In this document: one piece after another, positions 26,671 through 37,820 of the stretch
Numbering within the stretch: the first letter of the stretch is position 1
Layout of the letters: every line of letters starts with the position of its first letter
DNA from: the human T2T-CHM13v2.0 reference genome, Homo sapiens
Assembly (NCBI RefSeq): GCF_009914755.1
Contig: NC_060935.1
Reading direction: 5' to 3' (one strand)
DNA: 64,000 nt
The notes under the pieces: generated by a model
What the model saw: only the letters and a program-made list of their open reading frames with translations
What the model was told of the DNA's origin: nothing
Databases searched by the model: none
Position numbers and translations under genes: made by a program

Positions 26671-27754
26671 CTGCTAAAAAGTACCTTGCATCATCCTAAT
26701 GCCCAGATGTTCAATAAATATTCACTATGCTGATGTTGAAGAAGAGGAATGATACAGGCAGGAGGAGCTCCTGTGCCCCAGAGCCCATCCTTCTGAAAGG
26801 CACAGGCCCTTATCTTTGCTACTGGTGTCAGTAGGCCCTTATCTTTGCTACTAGTATCAGTAGAGGCTCCCTTAACAGAGTCTTTACAACCTTCCACTTA
26901 CGCTGTGCACTAAAGAGTTTAAGAGGTGCAATAACATTGCAGCAGCAGGTATTTATTGGTTTTGATAGAGACAGAGGCAGCTCTGAATTGGCCAAAGCAT
27001 GACTTTTGCTTTTTTTAGAGGCACACTAGTAGTGACCAAGGAGACTGATAAGACTTTCAGAATTGTCTAGAAGAGTAACCATAAAAAACAAATTGAAGCC
27101 ATTGCGTGCATTAAACAAAGGATCATTAAGCAGAAGGATCTCTGCCCTTCAGTACCACAGAGTTTTATGGGAGAGACAGGCATATATATAAATTATGAGA
27201 TACAAAACACGTTGGGATAAAGGTTACCACATTCACAAGTGAGCATTTTGGATATCTTATAGGAGTTTCATTCTTCACCCACCCAAAACAAAGCTCCTCA
27301 TCTTCTCTCCACAATCGCTTCTTCTCTGGTCTCATGATTGGCCCCACCATCTACCTAGTTACTCCAGCCACAAAGTGAGACCTGTTTGTCACCTTCCTCT
27401 CCCTTTCTCACCATCCACATGTAATCAAGAACTGAATCTTGTCAGTTCTAATTCTAATCAGCTCTACAACCTACACATGCCTCTCCAAACTCACTACCAG
27501 CACCAGAGTCCAGCCCATCATCATCACATACTTGGCCTATTGCAAAGCCTTCTTGTCAATCTCCATATGTCTACTCTTGACATAGTCCCTGCACCTGCCC
27601 TGCCCCACTGTTCTGTGGAGGCCATTTACCCTGTTCAAATCCAAAGATGAATGTCCTAATATGAGAAGAATGCCAGAAATGCCTCACTGTTCAGCCCATA
27701 GTTCTAATTCTGAGATTTGGAAAGATAAAGGTTGATGCTAGGTAAACTATATAG

Positions 27755-28030
27755 AATAATGGAGTATATAGTAGGGACTAAGGTTTAGAGTCAGACACAC
27801 CTGGCTTTAAATTTGAAATCTCCTATTTCCTTGCTTTGTGACCTAGACAAATTAAAACATCTCTGGTCCTTCATTTCCTCATCTGTAAAAGAGGATAATC
27901 ATCTTTACCTCCATGGTATAGACTCTCTTAACCTATACAATATATTCCTTAGAGAATAAATTATATAAGGTATGACTAGCACTTAAGGCCAGTATCTGGC
28001 ACATAATAAATTCTTGATAAACTGTAGTTT
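27755..28030 (+). mobile_element. MIR SINE
   Basis: gagtcagacacacctggc...ttcctcatctgtaaaagaggataat...ctggcacataataa. Confidence 0.8.
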
Positions 28031-28451
28031 GTTGAAAACAAAAAGATTATTCACAGAAAGTAGGTATTTGTCTCATTAGGGAAAACTATGATTCTTACAG
28101 AGCCCAGGTCCTGCCCCAGATGTACCACTTCATTACTGAAAAATCCCAGACACCTGTATCACCTATAAATTGTTTGAGTTTTTGACTGTGCCAAAACAAT
28201 CTAACATCCTGCTAGTGTAACCAAAATGGAAGATCCTTTCTGTTCCTATCAAGCGAGTGCTAGGAATCTGCAGTTTTACTAGGCTTTAAACTTCTTAACA
28301 TCAGTGTAAAGAAGGAAATATAATCAGGTATAAAATTCCCAGTGTTCAAGAGGGAAAGACAAATTGCCAGGGAAAAGCACAAAAAATTCTGGTATTGAGA
28401 CAAGAGAGAACTTTCTCAACTGTGAACTCAAAGAGAAAATCTGGAGTACTA

Positions 28452-28660
28452 CAGGAGTCAACAAACTTTTCCCTAAAGGGCTGGGCTGTAAATAATTTAA
28501 GCTTTGTGGGCTATATGACCTCTGTTGCAACTACTCAGCTCTGCCATTGTAGCTCAAAAGCAGCTACATAGACAATATGTATATGAATAGACTGTGTTTC
28601 AGTAAAACTTTGTTTACAAAACAGGCAACAGGCCTGTGGGCTGTAGTTAACTGACCCAAG
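28452..28660 (+). mobile_element. MER58A hAT-Charlie
   Basis: caggagtcaacaaacttttccctaaaggg...ctctgttgcaactactcagctctgccattgtagc...gtagttaactgaccc. Confidence 0.85.
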
Positions 28661-28787
28661 TATAATATAATGAACCACATTTCAGCTATCTGACACTGGA
28701 CAAGTCACTTCTTCTCTTTAAATCTTACTTTCCTATATCAAAACATGAGAGTTTTGGGCATGAGTGAGATGTAAATGAAATAAGGTA

Positions 28788-29449
28788 GAGTCAGTCCTTA
28801 TTATTCATGGACTACCTATTCACAAAATTGTATTTGTGAATTTTGCTATTCCCAGAAATGTACTTGTAACCCCAAACCCAACACTATCATGGTCATTTGT
28901 GGACCATGCATAAAGAGGTGAAAAATTTGACTCATCAGGTGCAAAGTTCCCAGCTGAGGTTAAACAAAACAACACTCTGCCTTCTTGTCCCAACTCTCAT
29001 AATGTAAAAAGTTTCCTTTTTGCAATCTATTTAGTACTACACTTTTCACATTTTTGTGCTGTGCTTTTTGTTGGTGATTTCATTGCTTGAAATGTCCACC
29101 AAGCATAGTGCTGAAGTGCTAGCTGGTGTTCCTAAGTGCAAGAAGGCTGTAATATGTGTTATATGCAAAATGTATGTGCTAGATAAGCTTCATTCAGGCA
29201 TGAGTTATAGGATTGCTGGCTGAGAGTTCAATGTCAAGGAATCAAAAACATATATTAGATAAGATGTCTTTAAATAGAACACACACGAAACCAGATGATG
29301 TATTAATGAGCTGACAAAAATGTTTTGATCAGAGGCTTACAGGAACCTAACCCTGTATTTCCCTTAGGAGCAAAGGTTCCACACTCACTAATTCAGGATT
29401 CCCACCTACTTTATATAACATAACTACTGTAAAAAATGAGAATCACCTG
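28788..29449 (+). mobile_element. MER82 TcMar-Tigger, near full length, inserted in a MIR
   Basis: gttcccagctgaggttaaac...gataagcttcattcaggcatgagttatag...gaacctaaccctgtatttccc...gagaatcacctg-TA. Confidence 0.85.
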
Positions 29450-29875
29450 TACATGAACATGCTGTTCAAAGTAGTAGCTAAAATTACTGTTACAAAATTC
29501 TTAGTTAAAAACTATGCTGTGATAGTCTTATCTCCTAATGCTGCAATAAAGCTATAACTAATTCACCATTTTCGTTTTATTCTGTTTGTATTATTTAACA
29601 AGAGTGCTGTGTTACTGCTATTAAGTGGTTGTATCCAAAGTTAGCCAGAGAATGTGTCTACTTTTTCTTTTTCCCATGGCTTCCTGAAGAGAATAAAAAC
29701 AAAAATAAAGCCTTCCTACAGACTGTCTCCCAGGGGCTTCTACAGACAGAAAGCAGAAATAAAGCACTCTCTAGAGCCACAATTTTAGGCAAAGATGAGA
29801 GCAGCATCTTCCAGGAGGGGAATAGGGAGCTGCGTGGGTGGGGACTCGAGGCTGCACCCCTACCTGGGAGAGAGC

Positions 29876-29910
29876 AGGGCTCCTCAGGGCTCCTCAGGGC
29901 TCCTCAGGGC
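29876..29910. repeat. 10-bp tandem repeat (cagggctcct)x3.5
   Basis: cagggctcct cagggctcct cagggctcct caggg. Confidence 0.9.
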
Positions 29911-30649
29911 CCTCGCCTGCCCCGATGGCCAGGCAGACTCTGAAAAGCAGTGCCCCTGGCTCCTTGCTGCCCTAGTTAAAATGCCAGCCTGGCATTTATT
30001 TGTTTTCTCCCAGACAGATGCCAATTACAGGGGGCTGGGGAAAGAGACAATGGCCCAGATCTGATTGACAACGGCTGCTGAACAAGGGGCCTCTGTGGCA
30101 TGCTTAATGAAAAGGCAACTGTGGTTTTATTTCATCTATTTGATTTTAGAGTGTCTTTTATAAAAACAATTCAACCAGCAGGATTAACTACTTCTGGGCT
30201 TTCTCTTCACCCTCTGGCTCTGTAGATGTCCTGCTATCCCTGACTTCCCCTCTTCCTCCCTCCACTCCCAGCAGGTTCCTTTCCAGGGCCTCGCAGAGAA
30301 GCACAGGCCTGCATGCAGCCCCACTCCACCAAGACTCCTCAGTGATTGCTGGATTTGTCCCCAGGTTCCCATCCCCCTAGCACCACCGTCCTTTCGCCCA
30401 GCATCTCCTCCTGCCTGGCCACCTGCAGGAGCCTTGAGGCTTAGCTCCCTCTGTTGTTCTTTCCTCCCTGGAGGCTTTGGAAGTGTGTGGAGCCAGTTTG
30501 GGTTGTTAACAATGAGGGTGTAACTGGCACTTAGCACTTATGGGTGTGCACAAGGCATGTGCCATCCAAAATGATCCCCAGTGATTTTATTCCCTTGGCC
30601 ACTTTGTAGCCAAAGTGACTTTGCCTCTAGTCCCACAACCTAATTACCA

Positions 30650-30703
30650 AATTGTATGGCATGTGAATTATATTCAAACAAATCTGCTATATAAAATTTT
30701 AAA
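30650..30703 (+). mobile_element. extremely 5'-truncated L1MB-type insertion with TSD
   Basis: aattgtatggcatgtgaattatattcaaacaaatctgct resembles the L1 3' terminus at 46296-46335; flanked by ctaattacca twice. Confidence 0.6.
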
Positions 30704-30719
30704 AATCTAATTACCATAA

Positions 30720-31100
30720 TTATCTACTGAAAACTCCTAAATGATTTGGGATCATCTGTACTGGATCAAATTCAAACTCCCCACATGGTACCTAAGGGTT
30801 TCTCAGACCTCTGGGCCCTCCTATCTCTCCCATGTATCTCCTCTCACTGCTTCTCACTAACCATGGCTCTCACCCCCATCCCAGTGAACTTTTCATTTCT
30901 ATTCCAGCTCTGCTTGCTGTTCACATTCTCTCTATCTAGAGCACCCTCCACTTCACTTCCTTCCATGACAAATGCTTACTCAACTTTCAAAGCTCTATGT
31001 AGGCATCACCTCCTTCAGGAAGCCCACCATGACTCCTCCCAGCCTCAGGCTGCCTCTCTGTGTTTCCCTTGTATAATTTGCAGGGCAGTTACTCAACTAT
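30720..31100 (+). mobile_element. L2 fragment
   Basis: aaattcaaactcc...cttactcaactttcaaagctc...catcacctccttcaggaagccc. Confidence 0.65.
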
Positions 31101-32569
31101 ACGGCCCCACGATGGCAGGGAACAGGCTGAATTCAGTCCTTAGCAGAGGGCTGGGCTCACAGAAGAGCAAATCAGGTGGGAGAACAGCTCCCCTCCTCCC
31201 AACCAGAAGCAGCTTTGCCTCTTCTGTTCTATGTATTAGGACATCACAAAAGACTGAAGAAAATTCCCACAGTCACAAAAGGTTTGGAAACTCTGATCTA
31301 GGTCATTGAGTTTGTCTGCTGGGGAAATTGATGACTTCTGAAGTCATTTTTCATGATGACTTCTGAAGGCTAAGAATGGAATTAGTCAGTCTGGGGGTAA
31401 AAGACCAACAGGTACTTGTATGCCTTTCTGACCCCAGTGAAGATCTCAAGATCTAGGGTAAAAGCAAGCTGCAAGGGGAACATTCAAACTGAACTCAACA
31501 GCCAGCGTTCCTGAGCCGCCCGATAAAGCTTCTTCCCCAAAGGGTTATGTCTTTGAAGAGATCATCGAATGCTAATCGGAAAGACAAAGATGATTACAGA
31601 GACTTTTTCTTGTCTTTCTAAAGGGCTTTAGAGACGGCAAAGCCACTTGCTCCTCTAGGTTCTCTTGCCATTTATTTGCACTTTTCATACCAATCTGGAG
31701 TGTTCTATTTATAGGTCCATAATCCATAAGAGACCATGGCCCCTCCATGATGGGGCTGAATCGTATTTGCATTTGTGTCCCCAGGGCCACAGTGGGTAAA
31801 CAGTCTGTGTTTGCTGAGCTTACCTCCTTACCTTCCCTCATGAGGGGAAAGGCAGGGCCAGCCCTCCTGAGGGCCTTACCTAAGGCACCAGCTGTTTAAT
31901 GGCGGGGCTGGGTGGAGCCCAGGTCTTCACCTTCCACTCTTCAACCACAACACTGAACTTGCCAGAGTGGTCCTGGCACGGGCTCTTCAGCCCACCTACT
32001 CCCCCAGCTCTCTCCCACAGGGTCCTGGGGTGGCAGTAGAGGAAGTGGTGGCCTCTGGCCTGGGACTACCTCTTGGCAAGACCACCTAGTAATGAGGGCT
32101 TTTTGTTCCTTAAGTGACCAAACTCTCCCACTCCAGGAAAGGAGAGAAGGGGAAGCAAACATACTTCCCATGCACTGAGCACCTGCTGTGTACCAGAGAC
32201 TATGTCAGCCACACACACAGAGCTCATAGTTAAATAAAATGAGAACATAGATGATCTCATTTGGTTCCTGTAACAACCCTAGGAGGTAGTGATGTCTGCT
32301 TCCATTTTCCAGATGACAAAGTCAAATTAAGAGTAAATGGCAAAATAGGGATTTTCAGCCTCAGGCCTTTGTGACTCTAAAGTCACAAAGTGCTTTTTCC
32401 ACCTCCCACATCCCACCTCCCAGAGGGACTCAACCAGTCCTGGATTCCACTCTAGCATTCTCACAAGTTTCTAGCTGCTGCAAGCTCCTTTCCATTCAAC
32501 AGTCATTGCCTGGAAGCTGAGTGTATGTGGCTAGAGGGATTGTTTAGATCATAACTGTTTTCAGAACAG

Positions 32570-32892
32570 TTCAGATCTGAAACCTGTGTGATTTTAAATT
32601 TTCTAGTAGCCACATTTAAAAAGCAAAAAGAAAAAAATGACAACAATTTTAATGATGTTACATTTATTTCATCTATAAAGAAATTTTATTTATCTAAAAT
32701 ATTATAATGTTGCTACCTAATATAGAAAAAGCACTCATGGGACATTTTATATTCTTTTATTTTTCCTCCCAAGTCTCTGAAATCCAGGGCACATCTCGTA
32801 TTATATCTATGGTACATATTAATTCAGACTAGCCACATTCCAAGTCCTCAATAGTCACATGTGGCTGTTGGCTACCATATTGGTAGTGCAAA
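32570..32892. mobile_element. MER33 hAT-Charlie
   Basis: ttttaaattttctagtagccacatttaaaaag...gactagccacattccaagtcctcaatagtcacatgtggct. Confidence 0.75.
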
Positions 32893-33319
32893 GCTGGATC
32901 TTTCAGTTTCTCCAACCAAGCCACACACACTCTGGCCTCTTCTCACATGTTCTTCCCTCTGCTTGGGGCATGCTCCCCACCACCCCAAACCCACTTTGCT
33001 GGGCTGACTTTCAAATCAGAGGTCACTTCCTCCTGGAAGCTTCCCCTGGCCTGAGTTAAGGGCCCCCTCACATGCTGCCATGGCATTCCATATTAAATGG
33101 ATTGTAATTGCTTGGGTTTCTTGGACTTTAACTCCATCTATATCGTGTTTACCACTGAGCCTCCAATGCCTAGGATGTACCTTGTACATAGCGGACACCC
33201 AGTAATGTATGCAATTTTGCTTGCTAAAATAAAACATCCTTTAGGCCCTGGACATTGATCTGCTCAGGGATGGTCCTAAGAAGCAAAGAGAAACCAGCCT
33301 CTCTCTTTACACTTACCCA

Positions 33320-33480
33320 AAAGAGCACAGGCTTTGGAGTCAGTCAGGCCTTGGTTCAAATTCTGATTCTACCGCTTAACAAATCTGTGTCCTGGCCAAG
33401 TTCCTTTACCTCTCAGAGCCTTAGTTTCTCCATCTGTAAAATGGGGCTATCAATCTGCCATGCATAATTGTTGCACTGAG
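33320..33480 (+). mobile_element. MIR SINE
   Basis: aagagcacaggctttggagtcag...ccttagtttctccatctgtaaaatgggg. Confidence 0.85.
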
Positions 33481-35504
33481 AAAAGGGAACAATAACCTCC
33501 AATGACAATGCCAGTTGAACTATGACATGCCTTCAACTGTAAGATGCATCCTAATTTCAGAGATGTTAAAAAGTTAAAGTAACCATCTTAAACTCAATGA
33601 CATTTGATAAGTGATTCTCCCCTCGTCTTTCTCCCTGGAGAGTTACTGGACAGAACTCTTAGGTAGAGGATGCTGACCTCTGACCTGTGTCACATCACAT
33701 GGAGCCATGGGACTTGGGTTTCATGAGGTGCTCTAGAAACGATAAAGAAAGAAATGGCTATTTAATGAATTCCCACCACAGGCCAACCACTTTCCTTACA
33801 TTATTTCAATCGCTTCGCAAAGCAATCTTATTTGGTATATTTCTCATTTTTAAGAGAGGTTAAGTTGTGTAGCTAGTTCAAAGAGGTTAAGTTGTGTAGC
33901 TAGTACACGGTGGAGCCGGGCCTGGAACCAGGGCCCATGTCATGCACTGCCCCACTGCCTCCACAAAACCCAGTTTCTAAAGGCCTGAGATCTCGAGGTT
34001 GGCTGGCTGTTCTGAAAGCCTCGTTAGCAGCATCCTGTAAATGCGCTGTAAATGCCCTGAACTCCTAAAACAAGCTCTGGATCAAACCATCAGCCCTGAG
34101 CTTATTAGATTTAATGCCAGGAACAAACCTTGAAACAACAGGTTAAGGAGACCCCTGCAAAGATCTGAGGGAGAATCAGAGCCTGGCCCTCCAGGGGCAG
34201 CGGGCTGGCAAGACAAGGCTGTGCACAGCTTGCCAGATCCAATATCAGTGAAAGGGAAGAATGCTGGCCTCCTCCTCAGCATCTGCAAGCTTCAGCACTC
34301 CTCCACGGCACCCCACTGTGCGAGGGGGAAATGAGGAAGAGCCTGAGATGCTGAAATGGCCAGGGGTGCAGGGGTGGTAAATGTGGAGCAGGAGGATGTT
34401 AGGAGGGAAGTCCTAATGTGGGGAAGTTACCCAAGCTTGTAGGTGCCTGCAACATAAACATCAAATGTAAACACCTAGATGGGTGGCAGGGACTAAGGAC
34501 AGAAGGCAGAAGGTCCCTTTGGTTACATATTGGCGACCAAATTTGCTCACAAATTCTCGTGAAGGTCTTTTGCAGAATGCATCCCGTTTTTCACTCTCAG
34601 ATTTGCAAAGGCTGAGATGACATGCTGGTCCTGCAATAAATTAAGATACAGGAATTTCCTTACAAAGTTCAGTGTCTTTCCACAAAATCAACTAAATCAA
34701 GTTGCTGATTTGATCATCTGAGGAAGTTTATACTTCATGGGAGTTTCTCAAGCTTCTTCTTTGTTTAAGGTAGCTCCCTGCATCTTCTTTATATTTTTCC
34801 AGATGAAATCTTGGTAAAATGGTTAAGAGAAGACCTAGTATGGTGAAGTGGAAGGCAGGGCTCACCAGGCCACCCCTCCTCTCCTATCCCCTGGTGAAAC
34901 CCCAGCATTGGGCAGAAGAGAGATTAAAAACCACGGAGCTGGCACTTCCAGCTGTGGCATTTGATGAGTCTGTTATAAATTGGGGGGGAAAAAGGCTTAA
35001 ACATGTAACAGTGGAAGCCTGTTGTAGTAGAGAGGATGCTGGTTTGGTTCACCAAGAAAGCAGCATTTTCAACTTAGTTTGGCTGGGAAATGAGTTTCCC
35101 CAGGGTTTGGCTTTGGCATGGGTGCTGGGCCCCACCCTTCACTTGCCATGTGACCTTAGCCAGAAGACTTCTCCCCGGGCCTCAGTTTCCTGCAGGGAGT
35201 TGGGAATGCTCAGTGGCTCTCGCACAGTGCTCAGGGGAATCCTGGAAGCAACCCTCCCTCACTTCACCACTTTATCCAGAACATCTCTGCTTTTCTGTAT
35301 TTTATACACTTTGGATCCCTGTAAAACTTCCTTTGAAGATGTCTTTGTGGTCAGTAAAAGTTGGAACTCTGACAGACTGAATAATCTCCTACATTCCTTC
35401 CAGCCCTAACATTCCCTGACTCTAAAAATCACCAAGTTAAAATCTATTCATGGGAATAAACAATCCTCAAAGAAGTTAGAAGGTGCTGGGTATGTGTGAG
35501 CGGG

Positions 35505-35560
35505 GTGTGTGTGTGTGTGTCTGTGTGTGCGCGCGCATGCGGGCATGTGTTTGTGTGTGT
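35505..35560. repeat. (TG)n/(CG)n alternating purine-pyrimidine tract
   Basis: gtgtgtgtgtgtgtgtctgtgtgtgcgcgcgcatgc. Confidence 0.9.
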
Positions 35561-37589
35561 TTAATCCTTCAACATTTATGTGTGTATGCCTGTGCTTCTC
35601 AGACGCAAGCCACATGCAAACATTTCCCCTGCAAAGTTTGGTGCTTTTAAGTTATTTATGTGCAAAAGATGCCTGTAGGCAAAGCAGGGCAAGCATGTTT
35701 CTGTGCCAGCCCAGAAATGCGCTTTGCACTCTGCAGGTGAGAAGACACTGCTGCCCTGCGGCCTGCAAACAAGCAAACCAATTGAGAGCAACACAACTCC
35801 ACCAGGCAGGTACTCACACCCTTGGTTTCCTCATTTTCCTGCTAGCCTTGTCTCCACTCCCCAGGCCTTCCCTGATTCCTGCCCATCTCTCCAAGATAGA
35901 AAAAGGAAGACAGAAAATGCAGCCCAGTAACCGTTTCAAAACAGTGACATGATGCTAGAAAACAGTCATTAAGTCCACTGCAGACTTGTTCAAGTTTCCC
36001 AAGTCTTGTTGGGTTAAACTTCCAGACCCAGGGCCATCATAGTGCCACAGCTGCAGATGCAGCTTGAGGGCAAATAGAAGTTGGTTCTCCCTGGGTGACA
36101 GGTAATCCTTAGCATCCTGTATAGACAGGCCTCCTGGTCCAGCCTAAGACCCTAGCAGAAGGGAGCAGATAACAGCAACATCAGACCATGAATAAATCAA
36201 AAGTAATTTCCATTTCTCTTTGGATCATATGGGTTTTATGTGGGGGGAAGGTAGAGCACACATGCTTTTCTGATTATATCTTCATTATGCCGCCTAAAAA
36301 CGAGCAGATAAATAGACTGTAAAGCTGAAAGAGACCCTGGAGGGCATCTCACCCACCCTCCTCATTTTAAGGGCAGGAAAATCAAGACCTGGTATGGGAA
36401 GGATCCTTACTGAGAATCATCCTGCTATACTACCTAGGAGACTGGACCTCAGGCCACTGGCCATTTCATTCAGCCCCAAAGCTGTTGCCAAGTATACTTA
36501 TACAGTATGCTGTGGCCTTCACTTGCTAATGGCATACTGTATAAGACATGAGGACAGGAGGGACCTCAGAGCCAGCTCACACTCTGCTCACCCAGCCTTG
36601 TGCCCCGGTGCCGGGCTATGTCTGCCTGGAGGAAGGGCATTGTCTTCTAACCTGCACAGAAGGGCTAGCAGGGTCTCCAGGAGGCAGGAAGTGTTCACAG
36701 AGGGGGACACTGGAGCCCCAAGATGAGTTTAAGAGCAGAGAAAGAAAGTGTAGATGTTTGGAGGGGGGTGGGAGAATGTGCAAAGAGCTGCTGCTAGGGA
36801 TACATCCGGCATGCATCTTTCTCCTAGCGCAGGCCCAGCGCCCCCTGATGCCTGGGCCTTTATCCAAGGCCTCTCCAGGAAGACACAGCCAGAAACATGC
36901 TCTTTGGATCCCATCTTGGAGTAGAAGGTTACAGAACCCACCCCTCCAGGACTCTCTACAGCTAGGTTCCAATGGCCCTGTCATCCTTACAGGAGACTTT
37001 GGGGGCCTCTACCACTGCCATACTCCTTGCTGCTTTGGGGGTACCATTTGCAGCCTCCCCTCTCCCTCCCAGCAGCCTTTTTCCTCTGCCACCCACATCC
37101 TGGGGAGAAGGAAATCACCCAACAGAGAGAAGGGGAGACCTAGCCCAGCTGCTCTGCCCAATCCTGGCAATAACCCCTTCCCCCATCCCCCCAACTTCTG
37201 CTGCCTCAGGAAAGGGCTGAAGACATAGATTCCAAATATAGGTACACCCCCACCCCCAATCCTCCTGCCCAGCTAATATTAGCCCTTTTGTAGAATCCAC
37301 TGACAGCATTATTCTGTTTTTTTGGCTGTGCTGGTGGGAATTCTTCTGCTTACAGTAAGGAGTGAGGCAGGCTGAGCCAGCAAAAGACTGCAGAACACAC
37401 TGAGCCAGATACAGAGAGAGCTCTGCTACCAGGGGCTGTGCCAGGTGATTTATGGAGCTCCTTTTCAGACACGAGATTTATGATTCTGCAAACAGGGAGT
37501 TTTGGGAAATGGGCAGGGCATTGGGATGAGGATGGGTGGTTCTGGTTAATTGAATTTGTCAGCTTCCAGATAGAGGGGGCACTAACAGT

Positions 37590-37820
37590 TGTTGACGATT
37601 TACTCTGAGCCAGGAACACTGCTAAGGATTTTGTGTACATGATTTCATTGTATCTTTACAATAACCCTATGAGAGGGGTAGAATTATCCCTATTTTACAG
37701 ATGAGGCATTGAGGCTCAAAGAAGTGAAAGTAACTTGTCCCCTGACAATGTCTAATCAACGCAAAGATGGGATTTGAACCCAGGTCTTTGTGACTCCAAA
37801 GCCCTGGCTTTTCACCATGT
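37590..37820 (-). mobile_element. MIR SINE
   Basis: ccctattttacagatgaggcattgaggctcaaagaagtgaaagtaacttgtcc...gggatttgaacccaggtct. Confidence 0.9.

Noticed and set aside
30746-31309. 187-aa ORF
   Set aside because: Largely L2-derived; composition not protein-like
34819-35409. 196-aa ORF
   Set aside because: Runs through MIR-derived sequence; no homology recognised
36548-37228. Longest ORF (226 aa) with overlapping ORFs on both strands
   Set aside because: No recognisable domain; GC-rich sequence gives chance ORFs; no splice or Kozak support
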